Source of the DNA: Chiloscyllium plagiosum
Taxonomy: Eukaryota
Assembly: GCF_004010195.1 (NCBI RefSeq)
Contig: NC_057719.1
Span: forward strand, 67,539,048-67,603,047
Reading direction: 5' to 3'
Length of the DNA stretch: 64,000 nucleotides
Shown here: positions 26,595-38,460 of the stretch, piece by piece
Numbering within the stretch: the stretch's first letter is position 1
How the letters are laid out: each line of letters begins with the position of its first letter
Program-made: the position numbers and the translations under genes
The notes under the pieces: generated by a model
Told to the model about the DNA's origin: nothing
Database searches by the model: none
The model's input: only the letters and a program-made list of their open reading frames with translations

Positions 26595-27425
26595 TAATGT
26601 TCTTCAGACACTGAAGCAATCTGTGTCCAAATGCAATAAGGTCTGGACTATATCCAGGCTTGGGCTGACAAGTGGCAAGTAACATTCGTACCACACAAAT
26701 GCTCGGCTATGACCATCTCCAATAAGAGACTATCTAACCACTGCCCCTTGCCATCCATTGGTATTACCATCTCTGAATCCCCCACTGTCAACATCCTGCG
26801 AGTTATCATCGATCAGAAGCTCAAGTGGACTCACCACATAAACACAGTGGCTACAAGAGCAGGTCAGAGGCTTGAAATACTGCAGCAAGTAACCCACTTC
26901 CTGACTCCTGAAAGCCTGTCCAAAATCTACAAGGTACAAGTAAGGAGTGTGATAGAATACTCCCCTCTTGCCTGGATGAGTACCGTCCCAACAGCACTCA
27001 AGAAACTTGACACCATCTGGGACAAAGCAGTCTGTTTGATTGGCACTGCATCCATAAGCACCCACTCAGTAGCAGCAATGTGTACTATCATTCACCAAAG
27101 ATCCTCAGACAACACTTTCCAAACACATGACCACTTCCATCCAGAATGACAAGGTCAGTAGATGATTGGGAATACCACCACCTTCAAGTTCCCCTCAAAG
27201 CCACTCACTATCCAGACTTGGAAATCTATCACCATTCCTTCACTGCCTCTAGGTTAAAGTCCTGGAATTCTGCCCCTAAGAGGCAGTGTGGGTCAACCCA
27301 CAGCAAGGTGTACTTCAGCAGTTCAAGGAGGCAGCTCACCACCACCTTCTCAAGGGCAGCTAGGGACAGGCAATAAATGCTAATCGAGCCAGCGACGAAC
27401 ATATCCCACTAAATAAATAAATAAA
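26595..27425 (+). mobile_element. Non-LTR retrotransposon 3' fragment (CR1/L2 group, second family)
   Basis: WADKWQVTF...DQKLKWTHHINTVATRAGQRL...IYKVQVRSVIEYSPLAWM RT C-terminus; ends in (TAAA)n. Confidence 0.9.
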
Positions 27426-27475
27426 GACACATTGGGAATTTTGCCATGAATCGACCACTATTGTGAAAAAAAGTT

Positions 27476-27658
27476 ATGATTTGGAGGTGCCGGAATTGGA
27501 CGGGGGTGGACAAGGTCAGAAGTCACATGACACCAGGTTATAGTCCAACAGGTTTATTTGAAATCACACTTCACCTGATGAAGACACAGCATTCCGAAAG
27601 CTAATGATTTCAAATAAGCCTGTTGGATTATAACCTGGTGTCATGTGACTTCTGACCA
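27476..27658. mobile_element. Palindromic HHR mini-element (same pseudo-LTR family as 9986-10090)
   Basis: Inverted arms GGTCAGAAGTCACATGACACCAGGTTATAGTCCAACAGG / CCTGTTGGATTATAACCTGGTGTCATGTGACTTCTGACC; CTGATGA at 27575 and GAAAGCTA at 27596; possible TSD TGAAAAAAG. Confidence 0.87.
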
Positions 27659-28061
27659 TGAAAAAAGCATTTCTCCACATAAAAGAAAAATTGTGGTAAG
27701 GTTCAATATCATTATCAGGCAGCAAAAATGATCTATTTGTTAGGGACGTTCTAATGCCTTATGATCCCTGCACTCTCCTGAGTTTTGTATACCATTGAAA
27801 CTAAAGGTATGAAGCTTGATTCAAAACTTCAACAGGATCAGCATGTCTTTTCACCTCATACAACCTCTAAAGAATATTTATAATTAGATATTTGAATATG
27901 CTGTATAAGCAGAAATGCCTAAGGCCATAGCTTTGTAATTTTCATAAAAGAACAAATGGAAATTTATGAAGTTATCACCCAAAATTTAGAAATCCTGTGA
28001 GTCCACGTGAAAGATATAGAATTTGACTTACTTGCTCGCTATAGGCTAATGCTTCCAACTC

Positions 28062-28167
28062 CAACACAGTTCTAAGGAAGGATTACTTGACCCAAAACAT
28101 TAACTTGGATTCTTCTCCACAGATGCTGCCAGACCTGCTGAGCTTTTCCAGCAATTTCTGATTTTGT
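28062..28167 (+). mobile_element. Degraded HHR-type mini-element
   Basis: TCTAAGGAAGGATTACTTGACCCAAAACATT plus body CAGATGCTGCCAGACCTGCTGAG; duplication TTCCAACTC at 28053-28061 and 28168-28176. Confidence 0.7.
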
Positions 28168-28329
28168 TTCCAACTCTAAATTAAAGCGTTGAAAGGTACA
28201 AACCAGGATCAGTAGTAGGCCATCTGGCTTCTTGTGTCTGTTCCACAATTCAATAAGGTTATAGCTAACCTGTTTGTAATTATTAAAAGCACATCCCTAT
28301 CTACCATCAATAACTCTGGATACCTTGTC

Positions 28330-29590
28330 TGACAAGACAAGGCATGAGCTGTCAGCTGCAGTTTTATTGAAAGCAACATCCTGGTGGTTTGGAACAAATA
28401 GCAAGATGAATCTGCCAGGTACATGCTCTGGTTTCCATGTTGAATTTTCTTGATGTCTAGCTTGTTTTTTGATTCTCATCTGATAGGAATCTAGAGCTGA
28501 AAATGTGTTGCTGGAAAAGCGCAGCAGGTCAGGCAGCATCCAAGGAACAGGAGAATCGACATTTCGGGCATAAGCCCTTCTTCTGCCCGAAACGTCGATT
28601 CTCCTGTTCCTTGGATGCTGCCTGACCTGCTGCGCTTTTCCAGCAACACATTTTCAGCTCTGATCTCCAGCATCTGCAGCCCTCACTTTCTCTCTCTGAT
28701 AGGAATCTATCCACTTTGGCAAGAATATTCAGTGACCCTTTTAAGGCAGAGTTTCAATGTTGTATAATCCTCTGAGAGAAAACAAGTTTCCTCATCTTTA
28801 TTCTAAAACAGCAAATCGTAATTTCAAAACAGTGCTCCTTATGTCTGAATTCACCCACAAGACAAAATATCAGATGGGGTTAAGTAGGGATCTGAATGAT
28901 GAGGGTTGCGGTGAGATGTGTGGCAGATGACCACCTCAAAGTCAGGAGTGTCCACCACCACCTTTTATCCTTTCTACAGGCAGCAAGGCGAGCTTCTCAT
29001 TAGGCAGAAGTGAGTTTCTAATTAATGGGGATTATTGCTTGTTAAAAGCCTCATTGGCAGCCAACCTCCCCTTACAAATACTCAGCTTTCTATCTTATCC
29101 ACAAACAAGCTAGATGTCAAGAAAACTCAACGTGGAAACCAGAGCAGGTACCTGGCAGATGCATCGCACTGTTTGTTCCAAACCACCGAAATTTTGCTTT
29201 CAATCAGCAGCCTTCTGCATTCCTTGTCTAAAGATATTGTTATTCAGCATCTGCCAACTGCTTACAACGATCGTGGCACTTCTCCAATACACTGGCAGGG
29301 TGCTCTGGAAGTACACACTTGCATTGCAGGGAGCACCGGCACCTACCATTGGAAGGCTGCAGAATGAACAGTGTTCACACAGACAAGCACATAGCTCAAG
29401 GATTGGACTCAGGGCTGCTGCTTGCTTGTTTTCTTAGCGCTTGCTCACTTAGTGCCTATCCGCATGATAGCAGCATCCTTGCCTTACCTTACCTTGCCTA
29501 TTCGTATAACCAGGCAGTTTGCCTTGCAGCTCAGCAGTCCTCAGTCAAGGGGTTGTACAGCTTGCTGTATAACAGTGTGTTGCGACAATC
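28330..29590. mobile_element. Inverted pair of Harbinger-associated interspersed repeats (28330-28475 minus; ~29000-29590 plus)
   Basis: GGTTTGGAACAAA...CTGCCAGGTACATGCTCTGGTTTCCATGTTGAATTTTCTTGATGTCTAGCTTG is an imperfect reverse complement of 29105-29200. Confidence 0.65.
28494..28694. mobile_element. Young palindromic HHR-derived mini-element
   Basis: ~78-bp inverted arms (28493-28570 and 28584-28661, 1 mismatch), 33-nt tail, partial HHR cores at the apex, 15-bp TSD TCTGATAGGAATCTA at 28479-28493 and 28695-28709. Confidence 0.93.
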
Positions 29591-29604
29591 CCACACTTCC
29601 TCCA

Positions 29605-29811
29605 ACCAAAAGAGAAAATGCTGGAAAATCTCAGCAGGTCTGGCAGCATCTGTAAGGAGAGAAAAGAGCTGACGTTTCGTGTCTAACTGACCCTTTGTCA
29701 AAGCTTTGTCAGCTCTTTTCTCTCCTTACAGATGCTGCCAGACCTGCTGAGATTTTCCAGCATTTTCTCTTTTGGTTTCAGATTCCAGCATCTGTAGTAA
29801 TTTGCTTTTAT
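29605..29811. mobile_element. Young palindromic mini-element with variant HHR-like core
   Basis: ~70-bp perfect arms (29604-29673 and 29708-29777), 34-nt tail; minus strand TTGACAA-AGGGTC-AGTTA-GACAC-GAAACGTC; 14-bp TSD CCACACTTCCTCCA at 29591-29604 and 29812-29825. Confidence 0.92.
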
Positions 29812-29929
29812 CCACACTTCCTCCATGTGCCTTTACGTGAGCAGTAAGCAGGCAGCCATGTCTCAAGTTCTGAGGAGAGTCACCTATTGGTCACATGAGA
29901 CATTCAACAGGCCAATCTCAATGTCATGG

Positions 29930-31100
29930 GCATCTTGGTGAGTCTTGTAGACATTTGCTGAGCATGAGGCAAGTTTTGCATGAGGCAACAGTGAGTTGAC
30001 AATTAAGAGGATTATAGCTTGTTAAAATGCCTTATTCACACCACACCTCACCTCATTTATATTCAACCTCCTATCAACAAATGCATCCAAACAAGCTAGT
30101 TGCTGAGAATTCTCGACACGGAAGTCAGAGCTGGGACCTGGTAATGTTAGCTTGCCACTGGCAGTGAACAACCTTCAAGCATCATCTCAGGATAATACAC
30201 ACAACCTACCTCCTCAGACATTGGCATCTGACATTTGCCAACCCCTCATAATTTTCATGGCACCTCTCCAATACACTTGCAGACTGCTTACAAAGCACAG
30301 ACTTGGGTTGCAGGCATAGCAGGAATTAATATTGAAAGGCTGCTGCTAGGTTATATTGCACACAGGGACAGACACCAGTTGATGGATGTGACCAGGATGC
30401 ACATCAGGCTGCTTGCTTGCTCTCCTATTGTTTGGTCTCTTAATATTTACTGCATGACCACTGCATCCATGCCTTGCCATGATATGTCTATTAATTCATT
30501 GGCATTTCAGCCAGAGCCAAATACTACCAATACTACATTTTGGCATGTTTGTTTGTGTAGTCACAAAGACAGGCTCCTGTCATATTTGTCATTACGGACT
30601 TGTGCAGGACATGAGCGTATGTCATTTTTAGGAATGGCACACATAGGTGTCAAGCTAACACCTACAACCTATGCCAGCTGCCTGTTCAGCACCTTTATCC
30701 AACTAAACGGCCATTTTGGAAAATGAGTGGGGGCTAGTCCTCAGTCCAGTCAAGGTCTGGCTGGGAGTCCCAGTGCCAGCCATCATGGATACAGTCTAAT
30801 GGTCAGTCATCGGCTTGGGGATCTGTCCAACTGTAGTCCACTGAATGACAATGCCGTACTTCCCCAGTGCTTGTCTGGATGTACATCAGCCTTTTAAAGA
30901 TGCCAGTCTTTTAGATGATATCTGTTAAGTGGCAACTTGTTCTGTGGCTGGTAAGATAGAGCTCCAATCAGACCTAATGGATGCCAGAGAGCTGGGTAGG
31001 TAGTTGCTGACGCAAGTGTGGTACATTACAATTAGAAATCTCATTGGGTCTTGCTACGTGCTAGTTACATCAGATCCATAAACAAGGTAAGATTCACCTC
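29930..31100. mobile_element. Decayed Harbinger-related non-autonomous element
   Basis: Shares blocks with 7600-8330 and 29000-29590; 30860-30900 is the reverse complement of the region upstream of the Myb ORF (58556-58592); ends GGTAAGATTCACCTC. Confidence 0.5.
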
Positions 31101-32956
31101 CAAGTATTTTTTTCACTTAGCAATGTAATGCTGATGTCACTTTGTTTGAGTTAATATTTGTGGTGCTTGTTGTTGCAAAAATTAAGATGGGGCCATCTGA
31201 TGAACTGTGTTGGGATTCATTGATTACTTTCATCTTCCTGGCCTGAGATGGATCACAATGCATATTTTTAAGTCATTTTAAAGGACCGAGATTGATTGTA
31301 CTTTTTTTGGGCACTGTTCACTGAAGTAGAGAACATATCTTAAAACAATTTGTATTTATATAGTGTTTTTCACAACCACCAAAAATTTCAAAGCTCTTTA
31401 CAATCAATAAAGTATGTCATGAAGCATAGTAAAAAATGTAAGGAGCTCTTACTGGTAGCGAACATGTCTCAAAGCCAGAAATCTGGATTCCAGGGCCACT
31501 CCAGTTTAATTAGCAACTTGTCATTCCTTCCAACCAATACCACTGCAGATGGTAAAGGCAGGAAATTCTTGATAAGCCATCTATATAAGGAAATGGCAAA
31601 CCACTGATGTATCTTGTTAACCAGAATCCTGGACTGCAGGGTTGTCAAAGTTCTTATCAAGCATGATACTGGAGACAGAAAGTCATGCTAGTAAAGTAGC
31701 AAGGAATAGTTCACAAAGGGCATTAGATTGTGCTTCCTGGATAGAGGCCATGGAGCAATTTTTAAAATACATAAGTTACAACCCAATTGCTATCAAGAAA
31801 CAGTTTGAGCTGAGAGGAAATAGTGGCTAAGGAAACTTCTGATTGTCCCTACTGACCAAAATGAAATGCAGCTTCCAAGGTCTACATTAATGTTTTGGTC
31901 CGCTTTGTGGGAAAGCTGAGGCCAGTTACTAGAAATTGAAACTGAAACGGGCCTAATCTGTGAGTCAGGTCACAATGAAAATGCTTACTGAGGATTTACA
32001 AAAGTATGTAAACAACTAACTGAGTTAGAAGAGAGATTTTGCCTAAATCTTCTATGGATTACTTCATTTAGAGAGGTTGTTTTCAATAGTAAAATCTTAG
32101 CAGTGATAGAGAAATTTCACATAGGAATTTAATTTTTTTAAACTATTTGATTGGTTAAACTTTCTTTTGTTACAGTTTCAGATGTGCTTAGTCTATTTAG
32201 TTTGTACACTTGCGTCAGTGGAGATTTGTTATGCCCAGATTCTGGGTGAGCCACCAATCTGCTGCACCTAAAGCTCAGATGGGATTCCCCAGTTGGCTGT
32301 GGTTCCGTGTGGTATACTGCACATTGTTAAACGCAGGATGAAGAGGATTGAGCTGGCCCACTTCTTTATTCACCCACATCCTCAGTTGATCACAACAAGA
32401 TAAATGCAAAACAGATCCTTCCCCTTGTGGGTAAATCTTCTTTCATTCCCAAATGAACTTGTGTTTTAAAAAGACTCAATTTAACCAGGCTTTCTTCAGT
32501 TAACAAAGGGTGAGTTTAAGCAATGTGAGAAGAATTAGTAACACAACACACAATGCACACAGATTAGAAACAAGGGTTGAGTCTCTGAGTTGTTCACAAA
32601 GAGCAGATAGTTGAATTTTGCAGTCATTGCAATGAAAGTTACCAATAACATTGACTTTGGTGGTTAAACAATTAATTTCAAGGTTTCTACTGTTACAGTT
32701 AGGTTAAGGTTCTGTTGTTCTGATTCCTTTAGCCTGTGACTGTATTCAAGCTTGTGGAGTGAGATAGTCCTTTTGTTGTTCTGTTTCTTTTGACAGGATT
32801 GCTAGCTTGCTGACTTCTAACACTCAGAGTGATAGAATATATTTACCTGCATTGCAGGAGAGACTAGGGGATAACTCTTTAAATGTTTACTAATGCTGAA
32901 ACCCAAGCTTATACATACGTGTATCTTAGACCACAAGAACCTTAGTCCTAATAGCA

Positions 32957-33195
32957 CACCTAACACTACGGGCAATTTAGCATGGCCAATTCTCCCCGTG
33001 TCTGCGTGGGTTTCCTCTGGGTGCTCCGGTTTCCTCCCATGGTCCAAAACAAAACTGTGCAGATTAGGTGAATTGGCCATGCTAAATTGCCCGTAGTGTT
33101 AGGTGAAGGGGCAAATGTAGGGGAATGGGTATGGGTGGGTTGCTCTTCGGAGGATCGGTGTGGACTTGTTGGGCACACTGTAAGTAATCTAAATC
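32957..33195 (+). mobile_element. 5'-truncated HE1 SINE preceded by a 36-bp inverted copy of its own interior
   Basis: 32957-32992 is the exact reverse complement of 33070-33105; HE1 body and tail CACACTGTAAGTAATCTAA. Confidence 0.9.
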
Positions 33196-33430
33196 ATATA
33201 TCCAGGTTTTAAAAAGGGAATATAGGAGAAGGGTGCCAGGACTAACATAGACATGTGTGTACCACCATCATAACTTTACTGGATATGCAGTTGGAAAGCA
33301 TGTTTACAAAAGTACAGAAGCTGAGGAAAAAACTATGGCCAACTCAAAGCAAGAAAACCAGGGAGTGGGGTGGATGTCATGGGTTTGGAAAGTGCTGACC
33401 AATGAGGTTTAGAACTCTTGTTCACTGGCC

Positions 33431-33552
33431 TGACTTCAAAGTTATAGAGTATTAAATTGAATTTTGTAAACATCAATTGATCCTGCTGATGTGACTTCAA
33501 AGTTATAGAATATTAAATTGAATTTTGTAAACATCAATTGATCCTGCTGATG
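33431..33552 (+). repeat. 61-bp tandem duplication (1 mismatch)
   Basis: TGACTTCAAAGTTATAGAGTATT...GATCCTGCTGATG repeated at 33431-33491 and 33492-33552. Confidence 0.95.
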
Positions 33553-33685
33553 TGGTCAGCAAACCCTCCACACCCTTAACAATGGCAGGAGCTCCAGTCC
33601 ATCTTGCCTACCCATTCTAGTGAAAATGTAGTCAAAAGGTTCTGGCTTGTTGAAAGATAATGTGTTAAGCTGACATGTTCAAGTA

Positions 33686-33896
33686 ATGATTTGGAGGTGC
33701 CGGCTTTGGACTGGGGTATACAAAGTTAAAAATCACGCAATACCACGTTATAGTCCAACAGGTTTACTTGGAAGCACTAGCTTTCGGAGCGCTGCTCCTT
33801 CATCAGGAACCACCTGATGAAGGAGCAGCACTCCAAAAGCTAGAGCTTCCAAATAAACTTATTGGACCGTAACCTAGTAGTGCGTAATTTTTAACT
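33686..33896. mobile_element. Palindromic mini-element with two divergent hammerhead motifs
   Basis: Minus HHR 33774-33807 and plus HHR 33811-33845 back to back; inverted arms; ~37-nt tail ATGATTTGGAGGTGCCGG...; duplication ATGTTCAAG at 33675-33683 and 33897-33905. Confidence 0.92.
33774..33807 (-). ncRNA. Minimal type I hammerhead ribozyme motif, intact core
   Basis: CTGATGA-A-GGAGC-AGC-GCTCC-GAAAGCTA-GTG; all core nucleotides and a 5-bp stem II are present; the 5' side of stem I is cut by the inversion junction. Confidence 0.78.
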
Positions 33897-34921
33897 ATGT
33901 TCAAGCAAGTAATGAATGGATTGGCACTTTTAAAGATGGCATTGGGATGATTAATTTGATGCTGCATTGTGTCAGCACTGTAATTTTCTACATTTAAAGT
34001 AAGTCTCATGTATTTAATGCATTGGAAATACACAGGAGAATATGAATTGTTAAAAATCCATAGACTTAAAGGAGTTGATCTTTAACAAGTATGCACTTAA
34101 TTGGGTTTACTGTGTGTAGCATTTCCTGAATACTGATTTTATCACTGGTAATGAACTAGACCTAATTATATCTGTTGAGGTAGACCTTAAGCCTTCTCAC
34201 CCTGAGAATATGATGAGTTCACATACAAAGACTGCAGACTGAAAAATGATGCAATCATAATCCCTCACATTTTGCTGAAGAAGGCTTTCCTGGACATCCA
34301 AGATTAATGTTGATCAAATTAAGAGCATTAAATTAAACAGATCCATCATGTTTGCTAAAAATGAGAAAAACAACATACAATTATAAATGGGGAATTTCAC
34401 CTTAAAAATTAATGCTGACAAGCTTCCATGGAACAGCTCCAAAGTCAAAATCTTGTAACTGTCAAACAGAAATTATACCCGTTATTTTCAAGGTTCTGAC
34501 TCCAGAAATAATGCACATCTGACACATCAGGAAAGAATAAAAATTAATTTTGATTTTTTGAACCCCCCCCTCCCAGAACCTTCCTGTAATTATAACCAGC
34601 TTTGTAAATGATAGTGCTTTGCACTCTGCCAAGCATAAAACAAGTAGATGAAGATGGAATTTATTCTCACTTCATTTCACTTCTCTGTAATTGAGGGTCT
34701 CGCTCACGATATTAAGTTTAGGGAATGACAAATCCATATTGAATCCACAGAAACTAAGTCAACATTTTTGTCAGTAGCAAACTGTATGCCTAAGTGAAAT
34801 AGGTAATGTTTTCTGGCATGAAAAATTGCAATATTCATCCACATTGTCCAATAAGAGATAAAGGGGACATGATGCAGATGGACTTCAGGTGCCTGGACAG
34901 GTTGGGAGGCACCCTTCAATA

Positions 34922-35052
34922 TGAAGGGCTGATGAAGTGCTTATGCCTGAAACGTCAATTCTCCTGCTCTTCGGATGCTGCCTGACCTGCTGTGCTTTTC
35001 CAGCACCACATTCTCGACTCCGATCTCCAGCATCTGCAGTCGTCACTTTCTC
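34922..35052 (+). mobile_element. Single-arm HHR mini-element
   Basis: CTGATGA-AGTGC-TTAT-GCCT-GAAACGTC at 34929-34956; 12-bp TSD CACCCTTCAATA at 34910-34921 and 35053-35064. Confidence 0.9.
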
Positions 35053-35649
35053 CACCCTTCAATACGTACCGGTCAGGGCCACCAGAATGTGATGTGAAGT
35101 GTACAGTTGGGTGTGAGTTGCGGGGGAGGATGAACGGAAAAAATGCGAGCATGTTGGGAAGTCAGCTTCAACATGACAAATCCATTGTCCGCGGCTGCTA
35201 CTTGCAAATCCATTGGAAAAGCAGAAGGAGAAAACATGGACTTGAAAATGATACAAACTGATCTGAATTGTATTATATAGCTGAAAATAGAACTTCAGTA
35301 TGACAGTACTTTCACTACCAGGTTTGATTGTTCCTTTACTGGTTTTCCCTCTGGGCGTGATTTTGCAAATGATCATTGGCTCCACTTGGCTGAGCTTTCT
35401 GGAGCTTATTGCAGTGAAAAGTGAGAGCACTGCAATGGTTAACAGGGGATATAGCAATAAGTACTCACTTATTGCTCAAAGATACTTTACTACTTTTTTG
35501 GATTTGATCACAACATCTAGGTTCAGAGGTTTCATCTACACTTCAGGTGTTAGGAGTTCCAATCTTTATTCTGGAGATATCAGGTCAACATTGATGCTGG
35601 TTCCACTGTGCTACTTTAAATCTCAGGTGGGGAGGAACAGTGACATAGT

Positions 35650-36100
35650 TAACGTCAGTGACCTAGCAAATCAGAGGTCCATATTAATGGTCTGGGAACA
35701 TGGGTGCAAATTCAACCATTGCAGTCATGAAATTTAAATGTAATGAACATGAGAATCTGGCATTAAATTAAGACCTGTAACAGTGACCACTGTTAATTGG
35801 GGTAAAAATCCATCTGGTTCATCAATGTCCTTTAGGGAAGGAAATCTGCCATCCTTTACATGGTCAGGCCCATATGTGCCAGCAATGATCCAAAATGGCC
35901 TCTGAAATAGTCTCGCCAGTCATACGGTTGTATCAACTTTTCTGCTGCAGAAAGTCAAACTGGTTGGCACTTCCAAGACACCAGAAATGGCAATGATATA
36001 CACACACCCCTGTTGGTCCTGCCATTAACATTTGGGGCCTGTGCCAAAAGTTGAAGGGTTGTTCCACAGACAAATGAACCCACAACCCGACATTGTCTCT
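35650..36100 (+). mobile_element. 5' region of the second LINE family (SINE-like head plus degraded endonuclease start)
   Basis: CATCTGGTTCATCAATGTCCTTTAGGGAAGGAAATCTGCCATCC block, then AACATTTGGGG...CAACCCGACATTGTC (NIWG...QPDIV). Confidence 0.55.
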
Positions 36101-36599
36101 ATGATCTGGTTTTGTGCATTTGACATTTTAAAATGATGGAGTGAACAGAGAGTGAACTAGTCCCAAGCCCCTGAGAAGAAAACATTGGTCCAGGGTATCT
36201 GGACAAGAAGGTCTTAGAATGTTTAGGGAGGTATTAAGAGAGAGCAAATAAGTTTTTAAGACAAGGTGGTTAGGAAGGAAGGTGTGATACTATCTTCAGA
36301 GGAGGGGTGTCCCAGTTACCAAAGAATACACGCTGAAGACTGGATCCATATTTCCTCCTGAAAGCTCTCTTCAATACAGAAATCCTATTCACGCCCAACT
36401 CCCCATGTTAACTTTAGTTATGTTTTAAATCAACTTGTTTGGACATGTTATGACACACCTCTGTGGCGGCTGGCTGCTGGTATGGAATTCCCACTCATCT
36501 CTGTGTGAAGGGAGTGAGCTTAGGATGTCCTTCCTGAGCTGAATGTAATATCCAGCACTATTCGCAATCATCTTGGGTATGTATCTCCTTTCCCATTGG

Positions 36600-37300
36600 C
36601 AAAGGCAGCAGCACAGTCTGGAAGGATTCCTCCAAATGGTTGTGGTTGCTGGAGGTAATTCATCTCATTTGCAGGCCATCATTCCCAGAGTTCCCTGGGG
36701 TAGTGACCTATGCTCAGTTCTCCTCAACTGCTTTATCAATGAATCTTTACCTATCATATGGTCTGAAATGGAGAGGTTCACTGAATATTGTACAATGTTC
36801 AACACCATTCACAACTCATCAGGTACTGGAGAAATCTGTTTCCAGATGCAATATTAGCTGACCAGCATTTAGGCTTGTGTTGTTAAGTATCAAGTAACAT
36901 TCACCCAGACCATCCCAAACAATGACCATCTCCTGCAGGAAAGAATTTAATGATCACTCCTCGATGTTTGATGACATTACTGTCACTGAATCCCCCACTA
37001 ACAATATCCTGGAATTTACTGTGGACCAGAAACTGAACAAGGCCAGCCATATAAATACTGTGACTACAAGAGTAGGTCAGAGGCTGAGTGTTCTGCAGTT
37101 TGTAACTCACGTCTTGATTCCCCAAAGCCTATTCACTACCTGCAAGCCACAAGTTAAGGTTTTAGTGGAATTCTGTCCTCTTGTATGGATAGGTCCAGCA
37201 CAACAGCATTCAACAAGCTTAACTCCATCCAGAATGAGGTACCCCATCGACTGGCAACCACATCTACAACTTTAAACATTCATTCCTTTCACCACTTCTG
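36600..37300 (+). mobile_element. Second-family LINE RT fragment
   Basis: VPWGSDLCSVLLNCFINE ([14 protein letters not shown]) and DQKLNKASHINTVTTRVGQRL, homologous to 26709-27149. Confidence 0.85.
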
Positions 37301-37676
37301 TTGTTATCTTGTGATGACCTAGAGGATATTTGGATACATTGGTTGACATCAGGCTAGAGTCTGAAGACTTTTTAAAGGTTTGGAAAGTGTTTCTTTTTGG
37401 TGGGATTTATGGTGTCTGTCATAACCCATGTCAACTTTTCTCAGTGTCAAGTGAACGCGCTTCAGCTCATTAATTATACAATTGCCCTCGATGGCACCCA
37501 GCTCATGGAATCAAGTGCTGGCAGAATTCTGGGACATTGACAATACTGGTGCCGGACATAAACTCCAGCAACACAGTACTTTAGGGATGGTAAGCCAGGA
37601 ACTGCTATTCACACTGTGGTCTCGAACTGTATTCCCAAGGATATGATCCAGAAAGGCAGGTGAGTGCTTCACTTTG

Positions 37677-37798
37677 GTGACAGTGAGGTCTGCAGATGCT
37701 GGAGATCAGAGTTGAGAGTGTGTTGCTGGAAAGGCAGATCAGGCAGCATCTGAGGAGCGGGGAAATCGACGTTTCGGGCCAGACCCCTTCATCAGGAA
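37677..37798 (-). mobile_element. Single-arm HHR mini-element with intact core
   Basis: Minus strand TC-CTGATGA-A-GGG-GTCTGG-CCC-GAAACGTC-GA (37766-37797); 14-bp TSD AGTGCTTCACTTTG at 37663-37676 and 37799-37812. Confidence 0.9.
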
Positions 37799-37919
37799 AG
37801 TGCTTCACTTTGCCAATAGCAAGTGTGAGGTGCTCACAGATGGGGTAATTGAATGGATGTCAGTGTTTTTTTTTCCTGCATTCTGGAAAAGAGATCCTTG
37901 TCACTCTACTCAGGATAAC

Positions 37920-38460
37920 CTTTATTGACATCCAGAATAACAGTGTTTGAGGAGGATCAAGGAGGCAGCCACATTCTGCCTACCTAAACATATCCGGCTG
38001 CAAACTGAACCTCGTGTCTACTTTTTTTTAACCCAGTTAAAGTCACCACTGCCCTCAACCCTTTTGCCTCTGGATCCTTCCAGAGCTTTGCTAGAGATGT
38101 CTGCCATATTTCCTAGTTGCCAGGCTACAAGTGGATAAGTCAGGTGATTGATAACCACTTTGCTTGGATTGGCACTTATTGTCCACCTGTCATGACATTG
38201 CACAGAAAGGATGAGCCCTAATGTTTGTGGCTGTGCTGGCTTCACAATAGTGCAAGATGTCATCAACTAAACATGTAGCAATGCAGATCCTCATAAATCA
38301 CTGAGTTGTGTTTATCAATTGCAAGGGTGACCCTTCCACCAAGGTGCAGCTTTTGACCAATCAAAGACAGACTTTGTTTTTGTGTTCAAAATTCCTCAGC
38401 AGCTGCTATATCCTGAGAATGTCCACCCTCCTTGATTTCTTTACATCTTGAATCAGACTC
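37920..38460 (+). pseudogene. PIF/Harbinger (HARBI1-like) DDE transposase relic
   Basis: QCLRRI; PVKVTTALNPFASGSFQSFARDVCHIS; AGFTIVQDVIN..HVAM; INCKGDPSTKVQL...YILRMS, matching the HARBI1 motif order, with stops and frameshifts. Confidence 0.85.

Noticed and set aside
32228..32900. Possible LTR-like segments (also ~61450-61920)
   Set aside because: No second LTR, PBS or TSD can be supported from this window.
35059..35737. Hydrophobic-looking ORFs on both strands
   Set aside because: No recognisable family or convincing splice pair, and the + ORF runs into repeat sequence.
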